Virus record (IMG/VR): IMGVR_UViG_3300042519_003322
DNA length: 64,000 nt
Source of the DNA: an uncultured virus (IMG/VR IMGVR_UViG_3300042519_003322)
Taxonomy: Duplodnaviria > Heunggongvirae > Uroviricota > Caudoviricetes
Direction: 5' to 3' (one strand)
Below, piece after piece: positions 17,581 through 27,222 of the stretch. Position numbers and translations under genes: made by a program. Position 1 is the first letter of the stretch. The number at the start of each line of letters is the position of its first letter. The notes beneath the pieces are model-generated. The model did no database searches. It worked only from the letters and a program-made list of their open reading frames with translations, and was not told where the DNA came from.

Positions 17581-18084
17581 ATGCCTAAAAACATGTCCCT
17601 CGAAGAACGTTTTTTCCAAAAGGTAAACAAGACTGATTCCTGTTGGTTATGGACTGGAGCGCCAAACTCTCGCGGGTATGGTTCTTTCGCGGTAAACCGC
17701 AAGACAACCTCGGCCCACCATTATTCTTATATCATCCATAAGGGTGAAATCCCTGATGGTTTAATAATCTGTCATACCTGCGATGTTCCGGCATGTGTCA
17801 ATCCAGAGCACCTGTGGGCCGACACCTATTCTGCCAACTCAAGGGACATGTTTAACAAAAACAGACAAGGAACTTCTAATAGGAAGAAAGATGGCTGCAA
17901 GAAGGGTCACTCTTTTGAAGAGTTTGAACCTCTTGTCTATGTAAAGAAGCAAGGCAGACAAATTGGTAAAGAATACAGAGTTTGTAAAGAATGCAAGCGC
18001 GAGTACCGTCTAAAAAACAAAGAGAAGCAAAATGAACGGCAAAGAAATCTGTATCATGCTAGAAAGAACAAGCAAAACCCCTAG
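17581..18084 (+). CDS. HNH endonuclease (putative free-standing homing endonuclease)
   Basis: CWLWTG...GYG...AH...ICHTCDVPACVNPEHL...N, plus C-terminal CKKGH...CKEC. Confidence 0.85.
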   Translation: MPKNMSLEERFFQKVNKTDSCWLWTGAPNSRGYGSFAVNRKTTSAHHYSYIIHKGEIPDGLIICHTCDVPACVNPEHLWADTYSANSRDMFNKNRQGTSNRKKDGCKKGHSFEEFEPLVYVKKQGRQIGKEYRVCKECKREYRLKNKEKQNERQRNLYHARKNKQNP

Positions 18085-18156
18085 CGTCGGTGGCCCAAGG
18101 GATAAGGCAACAGACTTCTAATCTGTCGATTGCAGGTTCGAATCCTGCCCGGCGCG
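18084..18156 (+). tRNA. tRNA-Arg(TCT)
   Basis: Acceptor stem GCGTCGG/CCGGCGC, anticodon arm ACAGA-CTTCTAA-TCTGT, T arm GCAGG-TTCGAAT-CCTGC. No encoded CCA. Confidence 0.92.
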
Positions 18157-18179
18157 CAACGTGAGTATAGGATTTAATT

Positions 18180-18563
18180 ATGGACACCAACATAGGCTCA
18201 GACCCTGATTTTCAAAACATCCTTGACCGTTTTGCTGACGGGATACCGGCAACGATTGACTGCGGGTATGGTTGGGCGAACCTAATAAGGGAATGCGATG
18301 ATATTTTATTCGCACAAGACCCAAACTACACAATCGCACAGGTCAAAGAAAAGATGGGTGGATTGCGGTTTTATTTTAATCTCACAGACATGGATAGCTA
18401 CATGAAAGTGAATTCATTGATTATTGCTATTGAAGAAAGTTCTTTTACTATATGTGAAAGATGTGGGGAACAGGGATACGCCCGCAAAGAGGAAGAATCT
18501 GGCAGGCGTTACGTTTCGTGCGCCGAGCACACAATTCATTCCCACATTTCAGGGTTGGGGTGA
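18180..18563 (+). CDS. conserved phage hypothetical protein
   Basis: GW..LI...QVKEKMGGLRFY...S..ICERCG...C..H, a widespread phage family of unknown function. Confidence 0.75.
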   Translation: MDTNIGSDPDFQNILDRFADGIPATIDCGYGWANLIRECDDILFAQDPNYTIAQVKEKMGGLRFYFNLTDMDSYMKVNSLIIAIEESSFTICERCGEQGYARKEEESGRRYVSCAEHTIHSHISGLG

Positions 18564-18682
18564 CCCGCTGCTTTTTTAATTTTGATAGCCATTCTTGCTA
18601 CGACAATGGTGGAAACAATCGCTGCCATCCAGTTTATGACGTTAGTTATTTTCTTTTTCACTTATTTGTCCTGCATTCTTCT

Positions 18683-19390
18683 TTACCCGTTAAACGCTTT
18701 GGTAAATCCCTCAGGACAGGTTTTTGTACATATCAAATCTGCAATAACAGGCGCAACCGCTGCTCCGATTGCAATGCCAACACCCGCTGGCGTTGCCCAC
18801 AGTGCTGCTGAATCTAAACTTTTGGCTAAACAGTTTGAGATTATGTTTTTCAATAGTGTGTGGTCAATGCTCTCGCTAACGAATGGTATTAGCAGAAATC
18901 CTTCCGTTATGATTTCACTCATTGCCGTTACTATTACAGCCTTAGTTGCCATATCTGCAACATAAAGAAGCGGCTGTGCCATAATTGATAGAGAGGTTGA
19001 TGTTGCCGCTCCTGCGGGCTGTGCTGGCGTAAAATAGGCAACAACCCCGGCCGAGATTGCTGCAGTCACCGCTATGTTGCAGGCGTTCTTATCCAACCAT
19101 TCGTATGCGTCTACTACGCCATCTTTTACTACTTCATAGCCTGATTGTATTTGATTTCCCAAATCAATGAGTACTGGTAATACTTCGTCTCCCACCTCCA
19201 AGGCAACCATGTCTTCAAACGTGTGGTTCTCTTCGGGATGAGCGTGAATGTACCTTCTGGCGTTTTCGGTAAGTGCGTGATAACCGCAGTCCGAACCTGG
19301 CCATTCACCACCCCAGCCGTAAGACCTCACCTCATAGGGGTCACAGTCTGAACAATGAAAAACAACTCCAATACCTTTTTGTGCTGCCAT
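18683..19390 (-). CDS. hypothetical protein with hydrophobic C-terminal half
   Basis: 235-aa ORF with several Ala/Ile/Val-rich segments and a GGAAAA RBS-like upstream sequence. Confidence 0.6.
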   Translation of the reverse strand: MAAQKGIGVVFHCSDCDPYEVRSYGWGGEWPGSDCGYHALTENARRYIHAHPEENHTFEDMVALEVGDEVLPVLIDLGNQIQSGYEVVKDGVVDAYEWLDKNACNIAVTAAISAGVVAYFTPAQPAGAATSTSLSIMAQPLLYVADMATKAVIVTAMSEIITEGFLLIPFVSESIDHTLLKNIISNCLAKSLDSAALWATPAGVGIAIGAAVAPVIADLICTKTCPEGFTKAFNG

Positions 19391-19425
19391 TTTATTTTCC
19401 TCTACTTATATTGTTCATGGTCGAT

Positions 19426-19899
19426 TCAGTCTTGCTTGACGCTAGTTATCGGTCCGCCAGCAACCCATGCGCGGCAAGTTCTCTTGGATGCACACTTAAA
19501 ATCAAACGCTTCGCAGTAGCCTAGTTCGCCGGCTTTGTCTATTGCTTCCCATTCATCTTTTTTTTCTTCCCCAACGAGCCCGCCCTGTATGCATGACTTC
19601 ATTTGCGGGGTAACAATAAATACGGAGCAGTTACCACATTTTTGCTTTTTGGCCTCTTCAGCACTTACTTCCCACTCATTGGCAAGCTTTGACCAGAACT
19701 CTTCATTTTCCTCTCCTGGATTAAGTGGACCATAATCAGCAACGGCAATTGCCTTTTTACGATTTTGAAGATTTACAGAAATGTCCTTTGTTGCTGTCGG
19801 GCATTTGGCGGAATCGTCTGCTTTTTCCTCTATGCGAATACCCTTGATTGGCCCATTATAAGAAGCCCACGTATTGTCGCTCACTTGAATTCCTCCCAT
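19426..19899 (-). CDS. Cys-rich head-region protein
   Basis: YGPLNP...CGNC..F...GYC...DFKCA..RTC.AW motif; GTG at 19884 is a possible start. Confidence 0.7.
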   Translation of the reverse strand: MGGIQVSDNTWASYNGPIKGIRIEEKADDSAKCPTATKDISVNLQNRKKAIAVADYGPLNPGEENEEFWSKLANEWEVSAEEAKKQKCGNCSVFIVTPQMKSCIQGGLVGEEKKDEWEAIDKAGELGYCEAFDFKCASKRTCRAWVAGGPITSVKQD

Positions 19900-20279
19900 G
19901 TCTTGTCGCCCACACCAAAATATTCGCGAGCATAACCCGCAGATACAATGTCAAGGTTGAGACAAGCTGTTTTTTCTGACTTTATGTCCTTGTCTGAATA
20001 AATCTGTGCAAGAACTCTGCCGTATTTGTCATCTTTTCCTGCGATTGTTTTAAGAAAAACTACTTGATGCCTAGTGGTCCAGTCTTGAGTGAAAGATTTG
20101 GCTTTTAGTCCCATCTCTTTTTCTCCCAAATCCTTAGTTCTTGACTCGGGGGTGTTGAGTCCGTAGAGCCGAACTCTTACCTTATGATGAATATTGAAGC
20201 CGAGGTCAATGAGAACATCAAGCGTGTCCCCATCAACCACCTTAATAACTTTTGCTGCATACCAAAATTGTTCAGCCAT
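19881..20279 (-). CDS. thermonuclease (SNase-like)
   Basis: VIKVVDGDTLDV.IDLGF...RVRLYGLNTPESRT...KYGRVL. Confidence 0.9.
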   Translation of the reverse strand: MAEQFWYAAKVIKVVDGDTLDVLIDLGFNIHHKVRVRLYGLNTPESRTKDLGEKEMGLKAKSFTQDWTTRHQVVFLKTIAGKDDKYGRVLAQIYSDKDIKSEKTACLNLDIVSAGYAREYFGVGDKTWEEFK

Positions 20280-21093
20280 TTTTTTGCTTTCTCCGCTTTC
20301 GCATCATTTTTGAGGCACTAGCAATTCTCTTGGCCTTGTCTGCGTCTGACGGAATATACGACATAGAGGACTTGAGGGATGGGACCAAGCTCGCTAGTTC
20401 ACGTCTTGCCGCAATCCTGAGAGACAGTTCGCCGTCTGCGTCAATGTCAGAATAATCAAAAATCCCACCTGTTGGGCAAACGCCTTTCATTTCTTCTGAA
20501 TCAAGATTTGAGTAGTAATTTTCAGACGCATTTTTGTTGAAGATATCGAACTCGGAATATGATTTTGTTTTATCTTTTGTTTTTTGATAACGCTGGAGCA
20601 TGCGGCGTCCCTTAGCTGCGAGCTTTTTGGCATCATCCACGTTTTGTGGCACTGGCTCTCCCCATGCGGCAGCGGACAACGCGAGTCTTGTTGCTCTTCC
20701 CTTTTCATCTTTCATGGGTCCAGAGGGGTTCGTAAAAAATCTAGTTAGAAAGGAGCCTTTTCTTCTCATTTTCTCTGGGGTATTCGCAGCACCCATTACC
20801 CCCGGCTTAAGGTTGGCCCCTTCTTTTCTGCGGAAATACGCTCGTCCGGCTGCGGTCAGTCCACCCTTAGGGTCACGATAGACAGGCTTGCTGACGCTCT
20901 TTTCAATCATCTTACTGAAGACAGAGGAACCATAGTACTCGTCGAACATGGGTTGCATTTCAAGGCGCTTGAGTTCGATTATGGATTGCTCGGTAATTTG
21001 CTCAAGGACTATTTCTGATTCAATTTGGTCAGATATTGCCTGTAGCTCTTCATAAAGCTTCTGGGTTTCGTCAATAGGGTTTGTCATATACAC
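20272..21093 (-). CDS. DUF6321-like head-region protein
   Basis: DPKGGLTAAGR..F....GANLKP...RKGSF..RF...RLALS..AWG core. Confidence 0.7.
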   Translation of the reverse strand: MYMTNPIDETQKLYEELQAISDQIESEIVLEQITEQSIIELKRLEMQPMFDEYYGSSVFSKMIEKSVSKPVYRDPKGGLTAAGRAYFRRKEGANLKPGVMGAANTPEKMRRKGSFLTRFFTNPSGPMKDEKGRATRLALSAAAWGEPVPQNVDDAKKLAAKGRRMLQRYQKTKDKTKSYSEFDIFNKNASENYYSNLDSEEMKGVCPTGGIFDYSDIDADGELSLRIAARRELASLVPSLKSSMSYIPSDADKAKRIASASKMMRKRRKQKNG

Positions 21094-21120
21094 AATCTTC
21101 CCACATAAATGTGTCGATAT

Positions 21121-21170
21121 AAAGGAAACCCCCCGGTTTCACCACATTTAAGCGGCTACTTCCGGGGGGA
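21121..21170 (-). terminator. intrinsic terminator after the major capsid gene
   Basis: On the minus strand, a CCCCCCGG...CCGGGGGG stem with an inner GCCGC/GTGGT helix, followed by TTTCCTTT, just downstream of the capsid stop. Confidence 0.75.
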
Positions 21171-21191
21171 ACCCTTAAGAGCTAGAAGTTA

Positions 21192-22541
21192 TCAGGCTGG
21201 CTCGTTGTCGAAGGTAACCTCAACGAACGCTTCGGGACGCTTCACTGCGAGAGCTAAACGCTGCTCGGCGAGAATCACGATTGCGTTACGGATGAAGAAG
21301 TCCGAGTGCTGCTCAGAGATACGAATGCTCGCCTCTTCGCGGTCGTACAACTGTGCTCCTGTACCGAATGCTCCGACAAGGGCCTTGCCAGCGGTCATTG
21401 CTGGGGTATCAATTACCGGCATTCTCCAGACGCGTGGCTCGCCACCCATTGCAACCGAAACTGCGATGAGGTACTGGCCATTGGCATCCTTGGTCAATTC
21501 GATGTCTTCCCAGTCGTTCGGGTGCAGTACGACGCCAGATGGCTCGTAGTAAGCAAGGAACGAGAGAGTTGCGGCGCGACGAAGTGCATCGGCCTTTGTA
21601 TCTGCGACCGGGGAGTTTTCTCCATCTGACCAGGCGTATTGCTGGATGTTGGGGGTATTCAAAACACCAAGCAAGTTCTCGCCGACGCCATCACCATTGA
21701 GGATTTGATTATCCTCAAGGAGACGGAGACCGTACATGAGTTCGTTGTCGATGATTGAACGCAATTGCGGCTCGTCCGACAGAACGTTGCGGTGTGCAGC
21801 TTCCCAGTGTGCGAGTGTGCGAATTGGGGCTTGCTCACCAACGAAGGCGAACGACGACTGTGGCTTGAGGCCAAAGGCGGTGTTGCCGCTATTTCGCTCA
21901 GCAACCGATGAGGCGCTGTTCGTACCATGGCCCGTCTGTAGGGTCGTGAAACCCAACTGACGGAAGTATTCGATAACAGCAGCATTGGTCTTACGGGCCG
22001 GGAACAAGTCGCGAACGCGCTTTGTGCGGGTCGGCGGGGTCACCATCGGGTCACGCTGAATCGTTCCAAACGAACCAGGGGTGCCGGTCGGGGTTGCCGA
22101 GAAGACATCCTTGACGTTGTACATTCCTTGGGTCGTCAGTGAAGCAGCGACGGTCCATGGGGCAACCATGTTTGCGCCATTGCGACCACCATTGAGTGCC
22201 TTGAATTCCGGAGAATCAAGAAATAGCTGACCGATGCTCTTGATTTCACGTGAAGACAAGTGACTGAGGTCTGCGGCAGCGGCAGCGTACATTGCTGCGG
22301 CTGATTCGCCTGCAGGCTGTGAGCCCCACTGGTCGACTGACTTCATGGTATCAAGGTCACTAAGAAGCGACTTGATTTCCTTGATGTCTCGCATGTTCTT
22401 GTCGAACGCGGTCTTCTGTTCCGTAGTGACGACTACTGTGCCGTCTTCTACCTTGAATGAGTCAGCGATGGTCTTGTTGTCTGCCATCTTCTGACGGAGG
22501 GCTGATTGAAGCTCCTCGGTACGGGAATTGTCTTGCGACAT
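21192..22541 (-). CDS. major capsid protein, HK97 fold
   Basis: N-terminal helical delta-like domain, VRDLFP, QILNGDG.GENL.G, LHPNDW..I...KD.NG.Y, and F.RN...ILAE.R.ALAV.RPEAF. Strong GAGGAG RBS. Confidence 0.93.
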   Translation of the reverse strand: MSQDNSRTEELQSALRQKMADNKTIADSFKVEDGTVVVTTEQKTAFDKNMRDIKEIKSLLSDLDTMKSVDQWGSQPAGESAAAMYAAAAADLSHLSSREIKSIGQLFLDSPEFKALNGGRNGANMVAPWTVAASLTTQGMYNVKDVFSATPTGTPGSFGTIQRDPMVTPPTRTKRVRDLFPARKTNAAVIEYFRQLGFTTLQTGHGTNSASSVAERNSGNTAFGLKPQSSFAFVGEQAPIRTLAHWEAAHRNVLSDEPQLRSIIDNELMYGLRLLEDNQILNGDGVGENLLGVLNTPNIQQYAWSDGENSPVADTKADALRRAATLSFLAYYEPSGVVLHPNDWEDIELTKDANGQYLIAVSVAMGGEPRVWRMPVIDTPAMTAGKALVGAFGTGAQLYDREEASIRISEQHSDFFIRNAIVILAEQRLALAVKRPEAFVEVTFDNEPA

Positions 22542-22572
22542 TTGTTTCTCCTCTGTTGAGATTGAGTGTTGG

Positions 22573-22590
22573 GTTGTTGTTGTTGTTGTT
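22573..22590. repeat. (GTT)6 / (AAC)6 tract in the capsid 5' leader
   Basis: gttgttgttgttgttgtt immediately upstream of the capsid RBS. Confidence 0.85.
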
Positions 22591-22630
22591 TATCTAGGCT
22601 TAGGTCAGCACCCAGCACTATGTATAATCA

Positions 22631-22666
22631 AAAATAACAGATGATTTACACTCTCCAGTGGAACTA
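22631..22666 (-). promoter_or_regulatory. putative structural-gene promoter TAGTTCCAC-N21-TATTTT
   Basis: Same motif and spacing occur upstream of the protease and sheath genes. Confidence 0.6.
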
Positions 22667-22705
22667 ATAATATTTTGCAATTAAAGTACGTAAATAGATG
22701 AAGTA

Positions 22706-23368
22706 TTATTTAATACGTAGTTCTTTTGCTAGCGAACTTTTTCTCGCTACAGTTGGCTTAGAAGTCTCTCTTAGAACTGTTCTTACTGCACGTCGCGTCT
22801 CTTCTTCGCGACGATTCCGCATGTTTCTGCGCCCTAAATCAGTAGAACCAGTCCTGTTTGAATAATCGCTCATATTGGTACATGGCATCCAAACCGTGCG
22901 CCCAGACTTGCTTATTCGCCTACTAATACCTATGCATCCGATTTGACGGGAACGAGCCCTCGCTGAGTCTGCATCCAAGAACACATCGACATCATTGTCG
23001 CGTACGAATTCAGGTCCGGTCCCTTTCGTGCCACAGCAGTTAAGTGATTTTGAATTAAATGAAGAGCCTGAAACGAGCCCCACGCCAGAGAGTGACTCAA
23101 TGCCACGAATTGGCTTTTCTCTTAGGTTTTCCCAGCCGTCAGGCCGGCGTTTATTTTTCCCCTTGGTACGTTCCTTTGATGATTTTGAACCAGGAACCAC
23201 GGTTCGCCATTTTGATGTTTCGGCAGTATTGGATATTCTTTCTAGTTCCTCTATTGATTCACAAGGTATCCAATTTCCTTTGCGGTCCTTGTGGGCACCA
23301 GAACAGCCAATATCTTTGGCTAGACGTAGAGCATCGGCTTTTTTTACCAAATCTTTTTTACTTGCCAT
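22706..23368 (-). CDS. basic head-region protein with two IGC.G...W.PC repeats
   Basis: AKDIGCSGAH...WIPC and SRQIGCIG...WMPC. Confidence 0.7.
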   Translation of the reverse strand: MASKKDLVKKADALRLAKDIGCSGAHKDRKGNWIPCESIEELERISNTAETSKWRTVVPGSKSSKERTKGKNKRRPDGWENLREKPIRGIESLSGVGLVSGSSFNSKSLNCCGTKGTGPEFVRDNDVDVFLDADSARARSRQIGCIGISRRISKSGRTVWMPCTNMSDYSNRTGSTDLGRRNMRNRREEETRRAVRTVLRETSKPTVARKSSLAKELRIK

Positions 23369-24050
23369 TTTTGACCTGCCTACGAGCCTTGTTTATTCGT
23401 TCTGAAATTTGTTGTTTTTCAGGAGAACGTTCTCCGCCTACTAGCCCAAGAAGGACCTTTGCCCTGCGTGCGACTCTACGCTTATCGCTACTTTGCATTA
23501 TTTCTTTATCGGCTGATTTTCTAATGAAACTCTTACCGAAAGAAGAATTAAGAACTTCTTTCTCGATACTGCTAAAGGCAAACTTTGGATTTAGTTCAAT
23601 CCGCCCCATTTTTTCGTTAAAAATTATCTTCCCGCTATGTATTCTTCGGATGAAGTTAGACCTGCGCACAGAATTCTTGAATGATTCAGCTTTGAATGCA
23701 ATAGCATTAATTTTATTAGTGCTGTTTGTGAACTTATTCATTTCTAGTCCAATCGCATTAATTTTTCGATGCGATATGTCATTTATTGATTTTCTGGCAT
23801 ATGTAAAATTTTCTTGCTTAACCTGGTTTTCTTTTTCTGGCACTTGGAGATTATTTTTGTCAGCAAAAAATCCAGTAAAAACGCAACCAACAGGCACGTT
23901 TGCACCAATGTTTTTTTCATCAAAATCAAAATCTTCAATAATTGATTTACCAAATTCAGTAATCGATTTTACGTGAATAACTTCATTTTCCATCGATGCC
24001 ATAACGTGCGGCATTCCACTAAATACGTCTTTTATGAAACCAATTTTCAT
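23358..24050 (-). CDS. hypothetical head-region protein
   Basis: 230-aa ORF overlapping both neighbours in the operon. Confidence 0.65.
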   Translation of the reverse strand: MKIGFIKDVFSGMPHVMASMENEVIHVKSITEFGKSIIEDFDFDEKNIGANVPVGCVFTGFFADKNNLQVPEKENQVKQENFTYARKSINDISHRKINAIGLEMNKFTNSTNKINAIAFKAESFKNSVRRSNFIRRIHSGKIIFNEKMGRIELNPKFAFSSIEKEVLNSSFGKSFIRKSADKEIMQSSDKRRVARRAKVLLGLVGGERSPEKQQISERINKARRQVKNGK

Positions 24051-26068
24051 ACATTGCCTCCAGAGAACAGTAGTTTTAGGCTGTTTTTACCACTTTGCAA
24101 ACCTTCAAGGCGTACTTCGAATAGCTTCCCAATGATATTCATATGTATTCTTTCTCCTTCGGAAATACCATATTGATTCATCGAGTTGTTGAAATTTTTA
24201 GGATTGAATTTCCTTGCTCTATTTATTAGGATGTTTAGATATTTCATAAACAACAATCTTTGTTCGGCTTTTAGTGCTTGGTAATAATCGGAATATGCCG
24301 GAGTTGCTTGTGAACTATAAAATTCGCTGAGCGTCATTTTCATGCGATTCGTAATTTCAATTTTAGACAAGTCTATTAATCCGGATGTGGAGTTTTGCCC
24401 CAGTACGAGCCTTCGAGCGTCAGGGGTATCTAGCGTGTATATAGACGTCATCGGACGTTCGCGCTGGTCGGTGAGGAAATCCGACACAAGCATTGCGGCC
24501 ACGTCCTGAGGGTCAAGTTCGTTAAACTTTGCATCAGGATTGAAGACGGCTCCAGGTATTGCTGCAGTCACCTCTTGTCTCAAGAACTGACGTGAATCGC
24601 CTGGTTTTGATGCAAAGACGACGTCTGGAGATTCCAGCCCGAGGGTCTGCTGTACATCTGATGCGAATCTTTCGGCAATATGCTGAAACTTGGATGGCTT
24701 TTCGTAAAGAAAAAGACTTTCTGACGGGGTGGATACGGCGCTGATGTTGTTGGCCAATCTCTGTCTTTGTACTACTCCAGCTTTTGCGAGTATCTTAGGC
24801 ATGATTGAGGGGTCAACCGAAGAAAGGCTTCCCCCATCAACAATAAATTGAATAGCTTCATCCACGCTTTTTATGAGTTTGCGTCGTGGTCCAAATGATT
24901 CGGTATTTCTTACGGACGAAGACTCGGTCATCGACGAAAGTCTCTTGCCCCAGACCTGAGACGCCCAGCTCATTCTCCCCTTTATGACTTCATTGGGGTT
25001 TTTGACACCAGTAAAAGATTCGGAATATTTGAGACCGTCCCCTATCTCTTCGGCAACATTGCGTAGTCTTTTGGCTGGGTCGCGCGAATTATCCATAGCC
25101 ATGGCCTGATTGACGACGCGTCCTAGTTTTCTTCGCTCTCCAATTTCCAATTTCCTAGCTTTTTCTAATCTCAGATATGAGCCCCCGGGGAGAACATAGA
25201 CCAAGGACTTAACACCAGTATTTGACAGAAGACCAAGCTCTTCGCCGCCAATATCCTTTGGTGAAAGCGCTGACATTATAAATAATGCCCCCTCCATGTC
25301 TCTGTTGTCTGGGATTGCTCTCAAAACTTTGTTTGGAACTACCGGTTCAAGCACGAAGCCGTCACGCCTCACCATGCGGCGCACCTTGATGCCAGAATCC
25401 TTGTTAAACGCGCCTATGGACTTGATTGAATCATTCAGTCTTGACGCTGCTGTTTTGGGATTGTCGTACGTAACTTTAGGGATTTGTGGAGCCCTGGAGA
25501 GGATGATTGAACTGTCGTACGGTGCCCCAGTTATGTCCCTTCCTGTTGTTTCTGGGGTTATTCCAGAAGTCAATGCTCGTCGCCCGGCACTTATCGCAGC
25601 ACCTAAAGCAGAGGGTATTCCAAACAGTTTTGCCCCGCATGTAGAAAGGCGGTTGTCAGTGAACCTTCCGCCGTACTGGTAGCCCTCTGGGCATCTGTGT
25701 GCCCTATTCTGTCCAGGGAGAGAGCCGCCACGACCACCAGGTCGTCCTGGTGTTATGGTCCGATAAAAAGCAGAGCGGACGGGAGACCTCAACGGGCCCG
25801 TGTCACCAGGGAGTAGGGTGCTGCGAATTGTGCTTGCAATTTGGCGACCAGCATTAGCCTTGAATTGCATTTCATTTGAATAAGGGTCTCGCTTGGTTCG
25901 CCGAGTGTTATTGAACCTCTTTGATAGGGCTTTATATTCTGTCGCCCCCTGAGAGGATGCTTTTACACCACGCATGTAGTCTAAGTTTTGTTTCGTGGCA
26001 GCATTAAACAAAATAACTCGAGTTACGAGAACCTCACCATCTCCACAACATTCCTGAAAATCAGCCAC
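24047..26068 (-). CDS. head-region protein with CPxG...FTD...C motif and degenerate HipA/PI3K-like kinase region
   Basis: RCPEGYQYGGRFTDNRLSTC; C-terminal IAERFAS...LGLESP...DFLTDQRER. Confidence 0.65.
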   Translation of the reverse strand: MADFQECCGDGEVLVTRVILFNAATKQNLDYMRGVKASSQGATEYKALSKRFNNTRRTKRDPYSNEMQFKANAGRQIASTIRSTLLPGDTGPLRSPVRSAFYRTITPGRPGGRGGSLPGQNRAHRCPEGYQYGGRFTDNRLSTCGAKLFGIPSALGAAISAGRRALTSGITPETTGRDITGAPYDSSIILSRAPQIPKVTYDNPKTAASRLNDSIKSIGAFNKDSGIKVRRMVRRDGFVLEPVVPNKVLRAIPDNRDMEGALFIMSALSPKDIGGEELGLLSNTGVKSLVYVLPGGSYLRLEKARKLEIGERRKLGRVVNQAMAMDNSRDPAKRLRNVAEEIGDGLKYSESFTGVKNPNEVIKGRMSWASQVWGKRLSSMTESSSVRNTESFGPRRKLIKSVDEAIQFIVDGGSLSSVDPSIMPKILAKAGVVQRQRLANNISAVSTPSESLFLYEKPSKFQHIAERFASDVQQTLGLESPDVVFASKPGDSRQFLRQEVTAAIPGAVFNPDAKFNELDPQDVAAMLVSDFLTDQRERPMTSIYTLDTPDARRLVLGQNSTSGLIDLSKIEITNRMKMTLSEFYSSQATPAYSDYYQALKAEQRLLFMKYLNILINRARKFNPKNFNNSMNQYGISEGERIHMNIIGKLFEVRLEGLQSGKNSLKLLFSGGNV

Positions 26069-26717
26069 AACATTCCTCTTCCAGGGACGCAGTACGAATA
26101 ACTACAGAGTACGCCTTTTTGCCGTTCTCATCTTCGCCTTCTATTTGCCAGTTATTTTCATCTTGAAGAAATTTGATAAATTTGGGTTCCATTTCAGAAA
26201 ATTCACCTAAAACTTTTATTGCATGCATTATGTCAGACTCGGTAACTACGAAATTTTGTTCTGTTTTGGACTCAATTTCTGAATGCTCGTAGAAAAAAAT
26301 ATCTGAATTAAGTGACGAGTCCGCGCTCTTCCCAGAATTCCGAATTATGTTTTTGGGTTTTTTCCCGTCAAGCGCTGATGCAAATTGAGAGTCTGTCCAA
26401 TTGGTGAGTTTTCTAAATTTTTTGCGGCAATTTTTCATCCCTGGATGATGGCATCCTTCATTCGGCCACAGTCCAGTCGTCTCATGGTGCAGCCATGCGC
26501 AGATATTGTTCAACGGATATAGCTCGGGGTGATTGGCGAGAATGACCCTACATCGTCTGAAGCCACCGGGCTTTTTCATTATCGGACGCCAGTACCTAAG
26601 AAGACGCTCGAGGTTGCCTCTCCGAGGGCCGTAGCCACGCAGGACATCGCCAGTAACAAGCTCTTGCGGCAGCATGCCACCAAGCGGGTCCGCTTTAATT
26701 AGCTCGTTATCCGACAT
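26061..26717 (-). CDS. actinophage-type head-region protein
   Basis: ERLLRYW...PGGFRRC...CAWLHH..TGLWP motif. Confidence 0.7.
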   Translation of the reverse strand: MSDNELIKADPLGGMLPQELVTGDVLRGYGPRRGNLERLLRYWRPIMKKPGGFRRCRVILANHPELYPLNNICAWLHHETTGLWPNEGCHHPGMKNCRKKFRKLTNWTDSQFASALDGKKPKNIIRNSGKSADSSLNSDIFFYEHSEIESKTEQNFVVTESDIMHAIKVLGEFSEMEPKFIKFLQDENNWQIEGEDENGKKAYSVVIRTASLEEECCG

Positions 26718-27222
26718 CTTGCTGCTCCTCTAGTTGGCGAAGTGTTTTTGTAGCCCGCCATGCGAAATCTCGTTCTTCCGCGGTTTTGAAAATAAAGTTA
26801 TTTGCATTTAACTTTACCATTTGATTGCAGCATGACTTCGTAAGCATTCTCTGTTCAATGGTTTCTGAGATAAATGATTTGACTGCACGTTTTGTTTTGT
26901 CAATCTTTTTCTTATTTTTGCCGACAACAGCATGCGAAGGCATTGACTCAAGTAATGAATCGTTGACTGGTCTTGTTTTGGTTATAAAAGTTTCATACCA
27001 TGCGCCAGATGTTGGTCTTTTGGGAGCGTCCCACATAAATCTCTGAAATGGGGTAGTGCGAAGTTTTGTAAAATTCCGAGCAGTGCTCGAGAGGTGAATG
27101 ATGTCAGCTTTCAATGCAGAGCCGTCAGAACGTTCGACTATTGCGTCTTTTTGTCCAGGCTTTGCATCTAGGTCATAATAGACACGACTATCGTTCAAGA
27201 GACCAACCAGTACTGACTTCAC
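26707..27222 (-). CDS. hypothetical head-region protein
   Basis: 171-aa ORF translationally coupled to its neighbours. Confidence 0.6.
   Translation of the reverse strand: MKSVLVGLLNDSRVYYDLDAKPGQKDAIVERSDGSALKADIIHLSSTARNFTKLRTTPFQRFMWDAPKRPTSGAWYETFITKTRPVNDSLLESMPSHAVVGKNKKKIDKTKRAVKSFISETIEQRMLTKSCCNQMVKLNANNFIFKTAEERDFAWRATKTLRQLEEQQDVG

Noticed and set aside
23059..23976. 305-aa plus-strand ORF
   Set aside because: It is antisense to two coupled genes in a continuous minus-strand operon and has no recognisable motif.
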